NCBI RefSeq assembly: GCF_044704955.1
Contig: NC_091989.1
Coordinates: 186,930,001-186,994,000, forward strand
DNA from: Pristiophorus japonicus
Lineage: Eukaryota
DNA: 64,000 nucleotides
Reading direction: 5' to 3'
Part shown: positions 47,856 to 62,641 of the stretch, piece after piece
Layout: every line of letters begins with the position of its first letter
How positions within the stretch are numbered: the first letter of the stretch is position 1
Translations under genes and position numbers: made by a program
The notes under the pieces: model-generated
Database searches by the model: none
What the model was told of the DNA's origin: nothing
Seen by the model: the letters and a program-made list of their open reading frames with translations, nothing else

Positions 47856-50800
47856 ATCTGTATACTGACTGGTGTCTCTCAGTCCCTCTCCCTCAGGGAG
47901 ATATCTGTACACTGACTGGTGTCTCTCAGTTCCCTCTCCCTCAGGTAGATATCTGTACATTGACTGCTGTCTCTCAGTTCCCTCTCCCTCAGGGAGATAA
48001 CTGAATACTGACTGGTGTCTCTCAGTCCCTCTCCCTCAGGGACATATCTGTACACTGACTGGTGTCTCTCAGTCCCCTCTCCCTCAGGGAGATATCTGTA
48101 CACTGACTGGTGTCTCTCAGACCCTCTCCCTCAGGGGGCACTCTGTACACTGACTGGAGTCTTTCAGTCCCTCTCCCTCAGGGAGATATCTGCACACTGG
48201 CTGGTGTCTCTCAGTCCCACTCACTCAGGGAGATATCTGTACAATGATTGGTGTCTCTCAGTCCCTCTCTTTCGAAGAAATATCTGCACACCGACTGGTG
48301 TCTCTCAGTCCCTCTGCCTCAGGGAGATATCTGTAAATTGACTGGTGTCCCTCAGTCCCTCTCCATAAGGGTGATATCTGTACACTGACAGCTGTCTCTC
48401 AGTCCCTCTCCCTCAGGGAGATATCTGTAGACTGACTGGTGTTTCTCAGTCCCTCTCCCTCAGGGACATAACTGTAGACTGACTTGTGTCTCTCGGTCCT
48501 TCCACTCAGGGAGAGATCTGAACACTGACTGATGTCTCTTACTGCCTCTCCCTCAGGAAGATGTCTATCCACTGACTGGTGTCTCTCAGTCCCTCTCCCT
48601 CAGGGAGATATCTGTACACTGACTGGTGTCACTCAGTCCCTCTCCCTCAGGGAGATATCTGTACACTGACTGATGTCACACAGTCCCTCTCCCTCAGAGT
48701 GATATCTGTACACTGACTGGTGTCTCTCAGGCCCCTCTCCCTCAGGGTGATATCTGTACACTGATTGGTGTCTGTCAATCCCTATCACTCAGGGAGATAT
48801 CTGTACACTGATTGGTGTCTCTCAGGCCCCTCTCCCTCACGGTGATATCTGTACACTGATTGGTGTCTGTCAATCCCTATCACTCAGGGGGATATCTGTA
48901 CATTGACTGGTGTCACTCAGTCAATCTCCCTCAGGAAGATATCTGTACACTGACTGGTGTCCCTCAGTCCCTCTCCCTCAGAGTGATATCTGCACACTGA
49001 CTGGTGTCTCTCAGTCCCTCTCCCTCAGGGAGATATCTGTACACTGACTGGTGTCCCTCAGTCCCTCTCCATCAGAGTGATATCTGTACACTGACTGGTG
49101 TCTCTCAGTCCCTCTCCCTCAGGGAGATATCTGTACACTGACTGGTGTCTCTCAGTCCCACTCCCTCAGGGTGATATCTGTACACTTACGGGTGTCTGTC
49201 AGTCCCTCTTCCTCAGGGAGATATCTCTACACTGACTGGTGTCTCTCAGTCCCACTCCCTCTGGGAGATTTCTGTACACTGACTGGTGTCTCACAGTCCC
49301 TCTCCCTCATGAAAATATCTGTACACTGACTGGTGTCTCCCAGTCCCTTTCCCTCAGGGGGTTATCAGTACACTGACTGGTGTCTCTCAGTCCCTTTCCC
49401 TCAGGGAGATATCATTACACTGACTGGTGTCTCTCAGTCCCTCTCCCTCAGGGAGATATCTGTACACTGACGGGTGTCACACAGTCCCTCTCCCTCAGGG
49501 AAATATTGGATACTGACTGGTGTCTCTCAGTGCCACTCCCTCAGGGACATATCTGTACACTGACTGGTGTCTCTCGGTCCCCCTCCCTCAGGGAGATACC
49601 TGTACATTGACTGGTGTCTCTCAGTCCCTCTCCCTCAGGGAGATATCTGTACACTGACTGGTGTCTCTCAGTCCCACTCCCTCTGGGAGATTTCTGCACA
49701 CTGATTGGTGTCTCTCAGTCCCTCTCCCTCAGGGAGATATCTGAACACTGACGGGTGTCACACAGTCCCTCTCCCTCAGGGAAATATTGGATACTGACTG
49801 ATGTCTCTCAGTCCCACTCCCTAAGTAGATATCTGTACACTGAATGGTGTCTCTCAGTCCCACTCCCTCAGGGTGATATCTGTATACTGACTGGTGTCTG
49901 TCAGTCCCTCTTCCTCAGGGAGATGTCTGGAAATTGAATGGTGTCTCTCAGTCCCTCTCCCTCAGGGAGATATCTGTACACTGACTGGTGTCTCTCAGTC
50001 CCACTCCCTCTGGGAGATTTCTGCACACTGATTGGTGTCTCTCAGTCCCTCTCCCTCAGGGAGATATCTGAACACTGACGGGTGTCACACAGTCCTTCTC
50101 CCTCAGGGAAATATTGGATACTGACTGGTGTCTCTCAGTCCCACTCCCTCAGGGAGATATCTGTACACTGAATGGTGTCTCTCAGTCCCACTCCCTCAGG
50201 GTGATATCTGTATACTGACTGGTGTCTCTCAGTCCCACTCCCTCAGGGACATATCTGTACACTGACTGGTGTCTCTCGGTCCCTCTCCCTCAGGGAGATA
50301 TCTGAACACTGACGGGTGTCACACAGTCCTTCTCCCTCAGGGAAATATTGGATACTGACTGGTGTCTCTCAGTCCCACTCCCTCAGGGAGATATCTGTAC
50401 ACTGAATGGTGTCTCTCAGTCCCACTCCCTCAGGGTGATATCTGTATACTGACTGGTGTCTCTCAGTCCCACTCCCTCAGGGACATATCTGTACACTGAC
50501 TGGTGTCTCTCGGTCCCTCTCCCTCAGGGACATATCTGTACACTGACTGGTGTCTCTCAGTCCCACTCCCTCAGGGACATATCTGTACACTGACTGGTGT
50601 CTCTCAGTCCCTCTCCCTCAGGGAGATATCTGCACACTGGCTGGTGTCTCTCAGTCCCACTCACTCAGGGAGATATCTGTACACTGATTGGTGTCTCTCA
50701 GTCCCTCTCTTTCGAAGAAATATCTGCACACCGACTGGTGTCTCTCAGTCCCTCTGCCTCAGGGAGATATCTGTACACTGAATGGTGTCTCTCAGTCCCA

Positions 50801-53800
50801 CTACCTCAGGGTGATATCTGTATACTGACTGGTGTCTGTCAGTCCCTCTTCCTCAGGGAGATGTCTGGAAATTGAATGGTGTCTCTCAGTCCCTCTCCCT
50901 CAGGGAGATATCTGTACACTGACTGGTGTCTCTCAGTCCCACTCCCTCTGGGAGATTTCTGCACACTGATTGGTGTCTCTCAGTCCCTCTCCCTCAGGGA
51001 GATATCTGAACACTGACGGGTGTCACACAGTCCCTCTCCCTCAGGGAAATATTGGATACTGACTGGTGTCTCTCAGTCCCACTCCCTCAGGGAGATATCT
51101 GTACACTGAATGGTGTCTCTCAGTCCCACTCCCTCAGGGTGATATCTGTATACTGACTGGTGTCTCTCAGTCCCACTCCCTCAGGGACATATCTGTACAC
51201 TGACTGGTGTCTCTCGGTCCCTCTCCCTCAGGGACATATCTGTACACTGACTGGTGTCTCTCAGTCCCACTCCCTCAGGGACATATCTGTACACTGACTG
51301 ATGTCTCTCAGTCCCTCTCCCTCAGGGAGATATCTGCACACTGGCTGGTGTCTCTCAGTCCCACTCACTCAGGGAGATATCTGTACACTGATTGGTGTCT
51401 CTCAGTCCCTCTCTTTCGAAGAAATATCTGCACACCGACTGGTGTCTCTCAGTCCCTCTGCCTCAGGGAGATATCTGTAAATTGACTGGTGTCCCTCAGT
51501 CCCTCTCCACAAGGGTGATATCTGTACACTGACTGGTGTTTCTCAGTCCCTCTCCCTCAGGAAGATATCTGTACACTGGCTGGTGTCTCTCAGTCCCACT
51601 CACTCAGGGAGATATCTGTACACTGATTGGTGTCTCTCAGTCCCTCTCTTTCGAAGAAATATCTGCACACCGACTGGTGTCTCTCAGTCCCTCTGCCTCA
51701 GGGAGATATCTGTAAATTGACTGGTGTCCCTCAGTCCCTCTCCACAAGGGTGATATCTGTACACTGACTGGTGTTTCTCAGTCCCTCTCCCTCAGGAAGA
51801 TATCTGTACACTGGCTGGTGTCTCTCAGTCCCACTCACTCAGGGACATAACTGTAGACTGACTTGTGTCTCTCGGTCCTTCCACTCAGGGAGAGATCTGT
51901 ACACTGACTGATGTCTCTTACTGCCTCTCCCTCAGGAAGATGTCTATCCACTGACTGGTGTCTCTCAGTCCCTCTCCCTCAGGGATCAGGGAGATATCTG
52001 TAAACTGACTGGTGTCACTCAGTCCCTCTCCCTCAGGGAGATATCTGTACACTGAATGGTGTCTCTCAGTCCCACTACCTCAGGGTGATATCTGTATACT
52101 GACTGGTGTCTGTCAGTCCCTCTTCCTCAGGGAGATGTCTGGAAATTGAATGGTGTCTCTCAGTCCCTCTCCCTCAGGGAGATATCTGTACACTGACTGG
52201 TGTCCCTCAGTCCCTCTCCATCAGAGTGATATCTGTACACTGACTGGTGTCTCTCAGTCCCTCTCCCTCAGGGAGATATTTGTACACTGACTGGTGTCTC
52301 TCAGTCCCACTCTCTCAGGGTGATATCTGTACACTGACGGGTGTCTGTCAGTCCCTCTTCCTCAGGGAGATATCTCTACACTAACTGGTGTCTCTCAGTC
52401 CCACTCCCTCTGGGAGATTTCTGTACACTGACTGGTGTCTCACAGTCCCTCTCCCTCATGAAAATATCTGTACACTGACTGGTTTCTCCCAGTCCCTTTC
52501 CCTCAGGGGGTTATCAGTACACTGACTGGTGTCTCTCAGTCCCTCTCCCTCAGGGAGATATCTGCACACTGACTGGTGTCTCTCAGTCCCTCTCCCTCAG
52601 GGAGATATCTGTACACTGACTGGTGTCTCTCAGTCCCACTCCCTCTGGGAGATTTCTGCACACTGATTGGTGTCTCTCAGTCCCTCTCCCTCAGGAAGAT
52701 ATCTGAACACTGACGGGTGTCACACAGTCCCTCTCCCTCAGGGAAATATTGGATACTGACTGGTGTCTTTCAGTCCCTCTCCCTCAGGGAGATATCTGTA
52801 CACTGAATGGTGTCTCTCAGTCCCACTTCCTCAGGGTGATATCTGTATACTGACTGGTGTCTGTCAATCCCTCTTCCTCAGGGAGATGTCTGGAAATTGA
52901 ATGGTCTCTCTCAGTCCCACTCCCTCAGGGACATATCTGTACACTGACTGGTGTCTCTCGGTCCCTCTCCCTCAGGGACATATCTGTACACTGACTGGTG
53001 TCTCTCAGTCCCACTCCCTCAGGGACATATCTGTACACTGACTGGTGTCTCTCAGTCCCTCTCCCTCAGGGAGATATCTGCACACTGGCTGGTGTCTCTC
53101 AGTCCCACTCACTCAGGGAGATATCTGTACACTGATTGGTGTCTCTCAGTCCCTCTCTTTCGAAGAAATATCTGCACACCGACTGGTGTCTCTCAGTCCC
53201 TCTGCCTCAGGGAGATATCTGTAAATTGACTGGTGTCCCTCAGTCCCTCTCCACAAGGGTGATATCTGTACACTGACAGCTGTCTCTCAGTCCCTCTCCC
53301 TCAGGGAGATATCTGTACACTGACTGGTGTTTCTCAGTCCCTCTCCCTCAGGAAGATATCTGTACACTGGCTGGTGTCTCTCAGTCCCACTCACTCAGGG
53401 ACATAACTGTAGACTGACTTGTGTCTCTCGGTCCTTCCACTCAGGGAGAGATCTGTACACTGACTGATGTCTCTTACTGCCTCTCCCTCAGGAAGATGTC
53501 TATCCACTGACTGGTGTCTCTCAGTCCCTCTCCCTCAGGGATCAGGGAGATATCTGTACACTGACTGGTGTCACTCAGTCCCTCTCCCTCAGGGAGATAT
53601 CTGTACACTGACCGATGTCCCACAGTCCCTCTCCCTCAGAGTGATATCTGTACACTGACTGGTGTCTCTCAGGCCCCTCTCCCTCAGGGTGATATCTGTA
53701 CACTGATTGGTGTCTGACAATCCCTATCACTCAGGGAGATATCTGTACACTGATTGGTGTCTCTCAGGCCCCTCTCCCTCACGGTGATATCTGTACACTG

Positions 53801-56800
53801 ATTGGTGTCTGTCAATCCCTATCACTCAGGGGGATATCTGTACATTGACTGGTGTCACTCAGTCAATCTCCCTCAGGAAGATATCTGTACACTGACTGGT
53901 GTCCCTCAGTCCCTCTCCCTCAGAGTGATATCTGTACACTGACTGGTGTCTCTCAGTCCCTCTCCCTCAGGGAGATATCTGTACACTGACTGGTGTCTCT
54001 CAGTCCCACTCCCTCAGGATGATATCTGTACACTGACGGGTGTCTGTCAGTCCCTCTTCCTCAGGGAGATATCTCTACACTAACTGGTGTCTCTCAGTCC
54101 CACTCCCTCTGGGAGATTTCTGCACACTGACTGGTGTCTCACAGTCCCTCTCCCTCATGAAAATATCTGTACACTGACTGGTTTCTCCCAGTCCCTTTCC
54201 CTCAGGGGGTTATCAGTACACTGACTGGTGTCTCTCAGTCCCTCTCCCTCAGGGAGATATCTGCACACTGACTGGTGTCTCTCAATCCCGCTCACTCAGG
54301 GAGATATCTGTACACTGACTGGTGTCTCTCGGTCCCCCTCCCTCAGGGAGATACCTGTACATTGACTGGTGTCTCTCAGTCCCTCTCCCTCAGGGAGATA
54401 TCTGTACACTGACTGGTGTCTCTCAGTCCCACTCCCTCTGGGAGATTTCTGCACACTGATTGGTGTCTCTCAGTCCCTCTCCCTCAGGGAGATATCTGAA
54501 CACTGACGGGTGTCACACAGTCCCTCTCCCTCAGGGAAATATTGGATACTGACTGGTGTCTTTCAGTCCCACTCCCTCAGGGAGATATCTGTACACTGAC
54601 TGGTGTCTCTCAGTCCCACTCCCTCAGGGTGATATCTGTATACTGACTGGTGTCTGTCAGTCCCTCTTCCTCAGGGAGATGTCTGGAAATTGAATGGTGT
54701 CTCTCAGTCCCTCTCCCTCAGGGAGATATCTGTACACTGACTGGTGTCTCTCAGTCCCACTCCCTCTGGGAGATTTCTGCACACTGATTGGTGTCTCTCA
54801 GTTCCTCTCCCTCAGGGAGATATCTGAACACTGACGGGTGTCACACAGTCCCTCTCCCTCAGGGAAATATTGGATACTGACTGGTGTCTCTCAGTCCCAC
54901 TCCCTCAGGGAGATATCTGTACACTGAATGGTGTCTCTCAGTCCCACTCCCTCAGGGTGATATCTGTACACTGACTGGTGTCTCTCGGTCCCTCTCCCTC
55001 AGGGAGATATCTGTACATTGACTGGTGTCTCTCAGTCCCTTTCCCTCAGGAAAAAATGTTTACATTGACTGGATTCTCTCAGTCCCTCCCCCTCTGGGTG
55101 ATATCTGTACACTGACTGGTGTCTCTCAATCACTCTCCCTCAGGGAGATATCTGTACACAGACTGGTGTCTCTCAGTCCCTCGCCCTCAGGGAGATATCT
55201 GTACACTGACTGGTGTCTCTCAATCCCTCTCCCTCAGGGAGATATCTGTACACCGACTGGTGTCTCTCAGTCCCTCTCCTTCAGGGAGATATCTGTAAAC
55301 TGACTGGTGTCCCTCATTTCCTCTCCCTCAGGGTGATATCTGTACACTGACAGCTGTCTCTCAGTCCCTCTCCCTCAGGGAGATATCTGTACACTGACTG
55401 GTGTTTCTCAGTCCCTCTCCCTCAGGAAGATACCTGTACAGTGGCTGGTGTCTCTCAGTCCCACTCACTCAGGGAGATATCAGTACACTGACTGGTGTTT
55501 CTCAGTCCCTCTCCCTCAGAGTGATATATGTAAACTGACTGGTGTCTCTCAGTCCCCTCTCCCTAAGAGAGATATCTGTACACTGACTGGTGTCTCTCAG
55601 TCTCTCTCCATCAGCGAGATATCTGTACACTGACTGGTGTCACTCAGTCCCTCTCCCTCAGGGAGATATATGTACACTGACTGATGTCTCTCAGACCCTC
55701 TCCCTCAGGGAACACTCTGTACACTGATTGGAGTCTCTCGGTTCCTCCACTCAGGGAGATATCTGTACACTGACTGGTGTCTCTCAGTACCTCTCCCTCA
55801 GGAAGATGTCTGTCCACTGACTGGTGTCTCTCAGTCCCTCTCCCTCAGGGAGATATCTGTACACTGACTGGTGTCACTCAGTCCCTCTCCCTCAGGAAGA
55901 TATCTGTAACCTGACTGGTGTCCCTCAGTCCCTCTCCCTCAGAGTGATATCTGTAACCTGACTGGTGTCCCTCAGTCCCTCTCCCTCAGAGTGATATCTG
56001 TGCACTGACTGGTGTCACTCAGTCCCGCTCCCTCAGGGAGATATCTGTGCACTGACAGGTGTCTCTCAGTCCCACTCCCTCAGGGTGATATCTGTACACT
56101 GACTGGTGTCTGTCAGTACCTCTTCCTCAGGGAGATATCTGGACACTGACTGGTGTCTCTCAGTCCCTCTCCCTCAGGGAGATATCTGTACATTAACTGG
56201 TGTCTCTCAGTCCCCTCTCCCTCAGGGAGATATGTGTACACTGACTTGTGTCACTCAGTCCCCTCTCCCTCAGGGAGATATCTGCACACTGACTGGTGTC
56301 TCCCAGTCACTCTCCCTCAGGGAGATATCTGTACACTGACTGGTGCCTCTCAGTCCCTCTCCCTCAGGGGGTTAGCTGTACACTGATTGGCGTCTCTCAG
56401 TCCCCTCTCCCTCAGGAAGATATCTGTACACTGACTGGTGCCTCTCAGTCCCTCTCCCTCAGGGGGTTAGCTGTACAGTGATTGGTGTCTCTCAGTCCCC
56501 TCTCCCTCAGGGAGATATCTGAACACTGACTGGTGTCTCTCAGTCCCTCTCTCACAGGGAGACATCTGTACACTAACTGGTGTCCCTCAGTCCCCATCCC
56601 TCATGGAGATATCTGTACACTGTCTTGTGCCTCTCAGTCCGCTCTCTCTCAGGGAGATATCTGAACACTGACTGTTGTCTCTCAGTCACTCTCCCTCAGG
56701 GAGATATCTGTACGCTGACGGGTTTCACACAGTCCCTCTCACTCAGGGGAATATTGGATACTGACTGGTGTCTCTCAGTCCCACTCCCTCAGGGAGATAT

Positions 56801-59800
56801 CTGTACACTGACTGGTGTCTCTCAGTCCCACTCCCTCAGGGTGATATCTGTATACTGACTGGTGTCTCTCAGTCCAACTCCCTCAGGGACATATCTGTAC
56901 ACTGACTGGTGTCTCTCGGTCCCTCTCCCTCAGGGAGATATCTGTCCATTGACTGGTGTCTCTCAGTCCCTTTCCCTCAGGAAGATATGTGTACATTGAC
57001 TGGATTCTCTCAGTTCCTCCCCCTCAGGGTGATATCTGTTCACTGAATGGTGTCTCTCAGTCCCTCTCCCTCAGGGAGATATCTGTACACTGACTGGTGA
57101 CTCTCAGTCCCACTCCCTCTGGGAGATTTCTGTACACTGATTGGTGTCTCTCAGTCCCTCTCCCTCAGGGAGATATCTGAACACTGACTGGTGTCTCTCA
57201 GTCCCTCTCCCTCAGGGAGATATCTGTACACTGACGGGTGTCACACAGTCCCTCTCCCTCAGGGAAATATTGGATACTGACTGGTGTCTCTCAGTCCCAC
57301 TCCCTCAGGGAGATATCTGTACACTGACTGGTGTCTCTCAGTCCCACTCCCTCAGGGTGATATCTGTATACTGACTGGTGTCTCTCAGTCCCACTCCCTC
57401 AGGGACATATCTGTACACTGACTGGTGTCTCTCGGTCCCTCTCCCTCAGGGAGATATCTGTACATTGACTGGTGTCTCTCAGTCCCTTTCCCTCAGGAAG
57501 ATATGTGTACATTGACTGGATTCTCTGTCCCTCCCCCTCAGGGTGATATCTGCACACTGACTGGTGTCTCTCAGTCACTCTCCCTCAGGGAGATATCTGT
57601 ACACAGACTGGTGTCTCTCAGTCCCTCTCCCTCAGGGAGATATCTGTACACTGACTGGTGTCTCTCAATCCCTCTCCCTCAGGGAGATATCTGTACACCG
57701 ACTGGTGTCTCTCAGTCCCTCTCCTTCAGGGAGATATCTGTAAACTGACTGGTGTCCCTCAGTTCCTCTCCCTCAGGGTGATATCTGTACACTGACAGCT
57801 GTCTCTCAGTCCCTCTCCCTCAGGAAGATATCTGTACACTGATTGGTGTCTGTCAATCCCTATCACTCAGCGGGATATCTGTACACTGACTGGTGTCTCT
57901 CAGTCTCTCTCCATCATCGAGATATCTGTGCACTGACTGATGTCTCTCAGACCCTCTCCCTCAGGGGACATTCTGTACACTGATTGGCGTCTCTCGGGCC
58001 CTCCACTCAGGGAGATATCTGTACACTGACTGGTGTCTCTCAGTACCTCTCCCTCAGGAAGATGTCTGTCCACTGACTGGTGTCTCTCAATCCCTCACCC
58101 TCAGGGAGATATCTGTACACTGACTGGTGTCACTCAGTCCCTCTCCCTCAGGAAGATATCTGCAACCTGACTGGTGTCCCTCAGTCCCTCTCCCTCAGAG
58201 TGATATCTGTACACTGACTGGTGTCTCTCAGTCCCGCTCCCTCAGGGAGATATCTGTACATTGACTGGTGTCTCCCAGTCACCCTCCCTCAGGGAGATAT
58301 CTGTACACTGACTGGTGCGTCTCAGTCCCTCTCCCTCAGGGGGTTAGCTGTGCACTGATTGGTGTCTCTCAGTCCCTTCTCCCTCAGGAAGATATCTGTA
58401 CACTGATTGGTGCCTCTCAGTCCCTCTCCCTCAGGGGGTTAGCTGTACACTGATTGGTGTCTCTCAGTCCCCTCTCCCTCAGGGAGATATCTGAACACTG
58501 ACTGGTGTCTCTCAGTCCCTCTCTCTCAGGGAGACATCTGTACACTGACTGGTGTCCCTCAGTCCCCATCCCTCATGGAGATATCTGTACACTGACTGGT
58601 GCCTCTCAGTCCGCTCTCCCTCAGGGAGATATCTGATCACTGACTGGTATCTCCCAGTCCCTCTCCCTCAGGGAGATATCTGTACACTGACGGGTGTCAC
58701 ACAGTCCCTCTCCCTCAGGGAGATATCTGTACACTAACTGGTGTCACTCAGTCCACTCTCCCTCAGGGAGATATCTGCACACTGACTGTTGTCTCCCAGT
58801 CACTCTCCCTCAGGAAGATATCTGTACACTGACTGGTGCCTCTCAGTCCCTCTCCCTCAGGGGGTTAGCTGTGCACTGATTGGTGTCTCTCAGTCCCCTC
58901 TCCCTCAGGAAGATATCTGTACACTGACTGGTGCCTCTCAGTCCCTCTCCCTCAGGGGGTTAGCTGTACACTGATTGGTGTCTCTCAGTCCCCTCTCCCT
59001 CAGGGAAATATCTGAACACTGACTGGTGTCTCTCAGTCCCTCTCTCTCAGGGAGACATCTGTACACTGACTGGTGTCCCTCAGTCCCCATCCCTCATGGA
59101 GATATCTGTACACTGATTGGTGTCTCTCAGTCCCCTCTCCCTCAGGGAGATATCTGAAGACTGACTGGTGTCTCTCAGTCCCTCTCCCTCAGGGAGATAT
59201 CTGTACACTGACGGGTGTCACACAGTCCCTCTCCCTCAGGGAAATATTGGATACTGACTGGTGTCTCTCAGTCCCACTTCCTCAGGGAGATATCTATACA
59301 CTGACTGGTGTCTCTCAGTCGCACTCCCTCAGGGTGATATCTGTATACTGACTGGTGTCTCTCAGTCCTACTCCCTCAGGGACATATCTGTTCACTGACT
59401 GGTGTCTCTCAGTCACTCTCCCTCAGGGAGATATCTGTACACAGACTGGTGTCTCTCAGTCCCTCTCCCTCAGGGAGATATCTGTACACTGACTGGTGTC
59501 TCAATCCCTCTCCCTCAGGGAGATATCTGTACACCGATTGGTGTCTCTCAGTCCCTCTCCCTCAGGGAGATATTTGTAAATTGACTGGTGTCCCTCAGTT
59601 CCTCTCCCTCAGGGTGATATCTGTACACTGACAGCTGTCTCTCAGTCCCTCTCCCTCAGGGAGATATCTGCACACTGACTGGTGTTTCTCAGTCCCTCTC
59701 CCTCAGGAAGATATCTGTTCACTGGCTGGTGTCTCTCAGTCCCACTCACTCAGGGAGATATCAGTACACTGACTGGTGTCTCTCAATCCCTCTCCCTCAG

Positions 59801-62192
59801 GGAGATATCTGTACACCGACTGGTGTCTCTCAGTCCCTCTCCTTCAGGGAGATATCTGTAAACTGACTGGTGTCCCTCAGTTCCTCTCCCTCAGGGTGAT
59901 ATCTGTACACTGACAGCTGTCTCTCAGTCCCTCTCCCTCAGGAAGATATCTGTACACTGATTGGTGTCTGTCAATCCCTATCACTCAGCGGGATATCTGT
60001 ACACTGACTGGTGTCTCTCAGTCTCTCTCCATCATCGAGATATCTGTACACTGACTGGTGTCACTCAGTCCCTCTCCCTCAGGGAGATATATGTACACTG
60101 ACTGATGTCTCTCAGACCCTCTCCCTCAGGGGACACTCTGTACACTGATTGGCGTCTCTCGGGCCCTCCACTCAGGGAGATATCTGTACACTGACTGGTG
60201 TCACTCAGTCCCTCTCCCTCAGGAAGATATCTGCAACCTGACTGGTGTCCCTCAGTCCCTCTCCCTCAGAGTGATATCTGTACACTGACTGTTGTCTCTC
60301 AGTCCCTCTCCCTCAGGGAGATATCTGTGCACTGACTGGTGTCTCTCAGTCCCGCTCCCTCAGGGAGATATCTGTACACTGACTGGTGTCTCTCAGTTTT
60401 TCTCCCTCAGGGAGATATCTGTACACTGACTGGTGTCTCCCAGTCACCCTCCCTCAGGAAGATATCTGTACACTGATTGGTGCCTCTCAGTCCCTCTCCC
60501 TCAGGGGGTTAGCTGTACACTGATTGGTGTCTCTCAGTCCCCTCTCCCTCAGGGAGATATCTGAACACTGACTGGTGTCTCTCAGTCCCTCTCTCTCAGG
60601 GAGACATCTGTACACTGACTGGTGTCCCTCAGTCCCCATCCCTCATGGAGATATCTGTACACTGATTGGTGTCTCTCAGTCCCCTCTCCCTCAGGGAGAT
60701 ATCTGAAGACTGACTGGTGTCTCTCAGTCCCTCTCCCTCAGGGAGATATCTGTACACTGACGGGTGTCACACAGTCCCTCTCCCTCAGGGAAATATTGGA
60801 TACTGACTGGTGTCTCTCAGTCCCACTCCCTCAGGGTGATATCTGTATACTGACTGGTGTCTCTCAGTCCTACTCCCTCAGGGACATATCTGTACACTGA
60901 CTGGTGTCTCTCGGTCCCTCCCCCTCAGGGAGATATCTGTACATTGACTGGTGTCTCTCAGTCCCTTTCCCTCAGGAAGATATGTGTACATTGACTGGAT
61001 TCTCTGTCCCTCCCCCTCAGGGTGATATCTGTTCACTGACTGGTGTCTCTCAGTCACTCTCCCTCAGGGAGATATCTGTACACAGACTGGTGTCTCTCAG
61101 TCCCTCTCCCTCAGGGAGATATCTGTACACTGACTGGTGTCTCTCAATCCCTCTCCCTCAGGGAGATATCTGTACACCGACTGGTGTCTCTCAGTCCCTC
61201 TCCCTCAGGGAGATATCTGTAAATTGACTGGTGTCCCTCAGTTCCTCTCCCTCAGGGTGATATCTGTACACTGACAGCTGTCTCTCAGTCCCTCTCCCTC
61301 AGGGAGATATCTGTACACTGACTGGTGTTTCTCAGTCCCTCTCCCTCAGGAAGATATCTGTTCACTGGCTGGTGTCTCTCAGTCCCACTCACTCAGGGAG
61401 ATATCAGTACACTGACTGGTGTCTCTCAGTCCCTTTCTCTCAGGGAGATATCTGTACACTGACTGGTGTTTCTCAGTCCCACTCCCTCAGGAAGATATCT
61501 GTACACTGGTTGGTGTCTCTCAGTCCCACTCACTCAGGGACATATCTGTAGACTGACTGGTGTCTCTCAGTCCCTCTCCCTCAGGGAGATATCTGCACAC
61601 TGACTGGTGTCACTCAGTCCCTCTCCCTCAGTGAGATATCTGCACACTGACTGGTGTCCCTCAGTCCCTCTCCCTCAGAGTGATATCTGTGCACTGACTG
61701 GTGTCTCTCAGGCCCCTCTCCCTCAGGGTGATATCTGTAAACTGACTGGTGTCTCTCAGTCCCCCCTCCCTAAGGGAGATATCTGTACACTGATTGGTGT
61801 CTGTCAATCCCTATCACTCAGGGTGATATCTGTGCACTGACTGGTGTCGCTCAGTCTCTCTCCATCAGCGAGATATCTGTACACTGACTGGTGTCACTCA
61901 GTCCCTCTCCCTGAGGGAGATATCTGTACACTGACTGGTGTCTCTCAGTACCTCTCCCTCAGGAAGATGTCTGTCCACTGACTGGCGTCTCTCAGTCCCT
62001 CTCCCTCAGGGAGATATCTGTGCACTGACTGGTGACTCTCAGTCCCGCTCCCTCAGGGAGATATCTGTGCACTGACTGGTGTCTCTCAGTCCCACTCCCT
62101 CAGGGTGATATCTGTACACTGACTGGTGTCTGTCAGTACCTCTTCCTCAGTGAGATATCTGGACACTGACTGGTGTCTCTCAGTCCCTCTTT
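47856..62192. repeat. 47-bp satellite array (GAGATATCTGTACACTGACTGGTGTCTCTCAGTCCCTCTCCCTCAGG), ~14.3 kb, ~300 monomers, with higher-order structure
   Basis: Tandem units are visible and diagnostic variants recur in ordered blocks. Confidence 0.97.
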
Positions 62193-62309
62193 TTAACATT
62201 CAAAAAAATAAACTAAAGTAAAGTGTCCCTGGACCTTGACTGCGGAACTGATACTTGCTGGGGACCTGCTGTATAAATAAATCAGGGAATTGAAATGTGT
62301 GCTGGGGGC

Positions 62310-62405
62310 GAGGAGAGGAAGCTGAGCCTGTGGTTTGAGTGGGTGTGCCTCTGTTGGAACCTCACTCACTCACTCACTCACTCACCCCAGTTCCCTATTT
62401 AAACA
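62310..62405 (+). promoter_or_regulatory. Putative V-segment promoter: ETS-like GAGGAA (62315), RUNX TGTGGTTT (62329-62336), TATA-like TATTTAAA (62396-62403)
   Basis: Motifs lie 85-175 bp upstream of the leader ATG. No ATGCAAAT octamer seen. Confidence 0.5.
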
Positions 62406-62487
62406 GCACTGACTGGGTCCCCACACCAAGGCGCCCTGAAGCTGCTGATTTGTGGCGTGTGTCTGTCTGTCTGCACACACAGGGGTA

Positions 62488-62533
62488 ATGGCGAGTGCTG
62501 CTTGTCTCGGTGTCCTTCTGGCCTGTGTGATGG
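62488..62533 (+). CDS. Antigen-receptor V gene leader exon (MASAACLGVLLACVM-G)
   Basis: 46-nt hydrophobic leader ending in phase 1 at G|GTGAGT. Intron 62534-62641 ends with a polypyrimidine tract and CACAG. Confidence 0.92.
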
Positions 62534-62641
62534 GTGAGTTATTGTGCACCCAGTGCTGCCTGGCTTGTCCGGGAGGCTGTGTGAGCCCGTGTTGTTCCCT
62601 ATATTAAAGTGCACCCTTCTCACTCTCTCTTCTGTTCACAG

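Noticed and set aside
47856-62192. Satellite as a CRISPR array, coding repeats, RSS array or switch region
   Set aside because: No unique spacers and a eukaryotic context; ORFs are short and stop-riddled; CACAGTC/CACTGAC lack a nonamer at 12/23 spacing; not AGCT-rich like switch regions.
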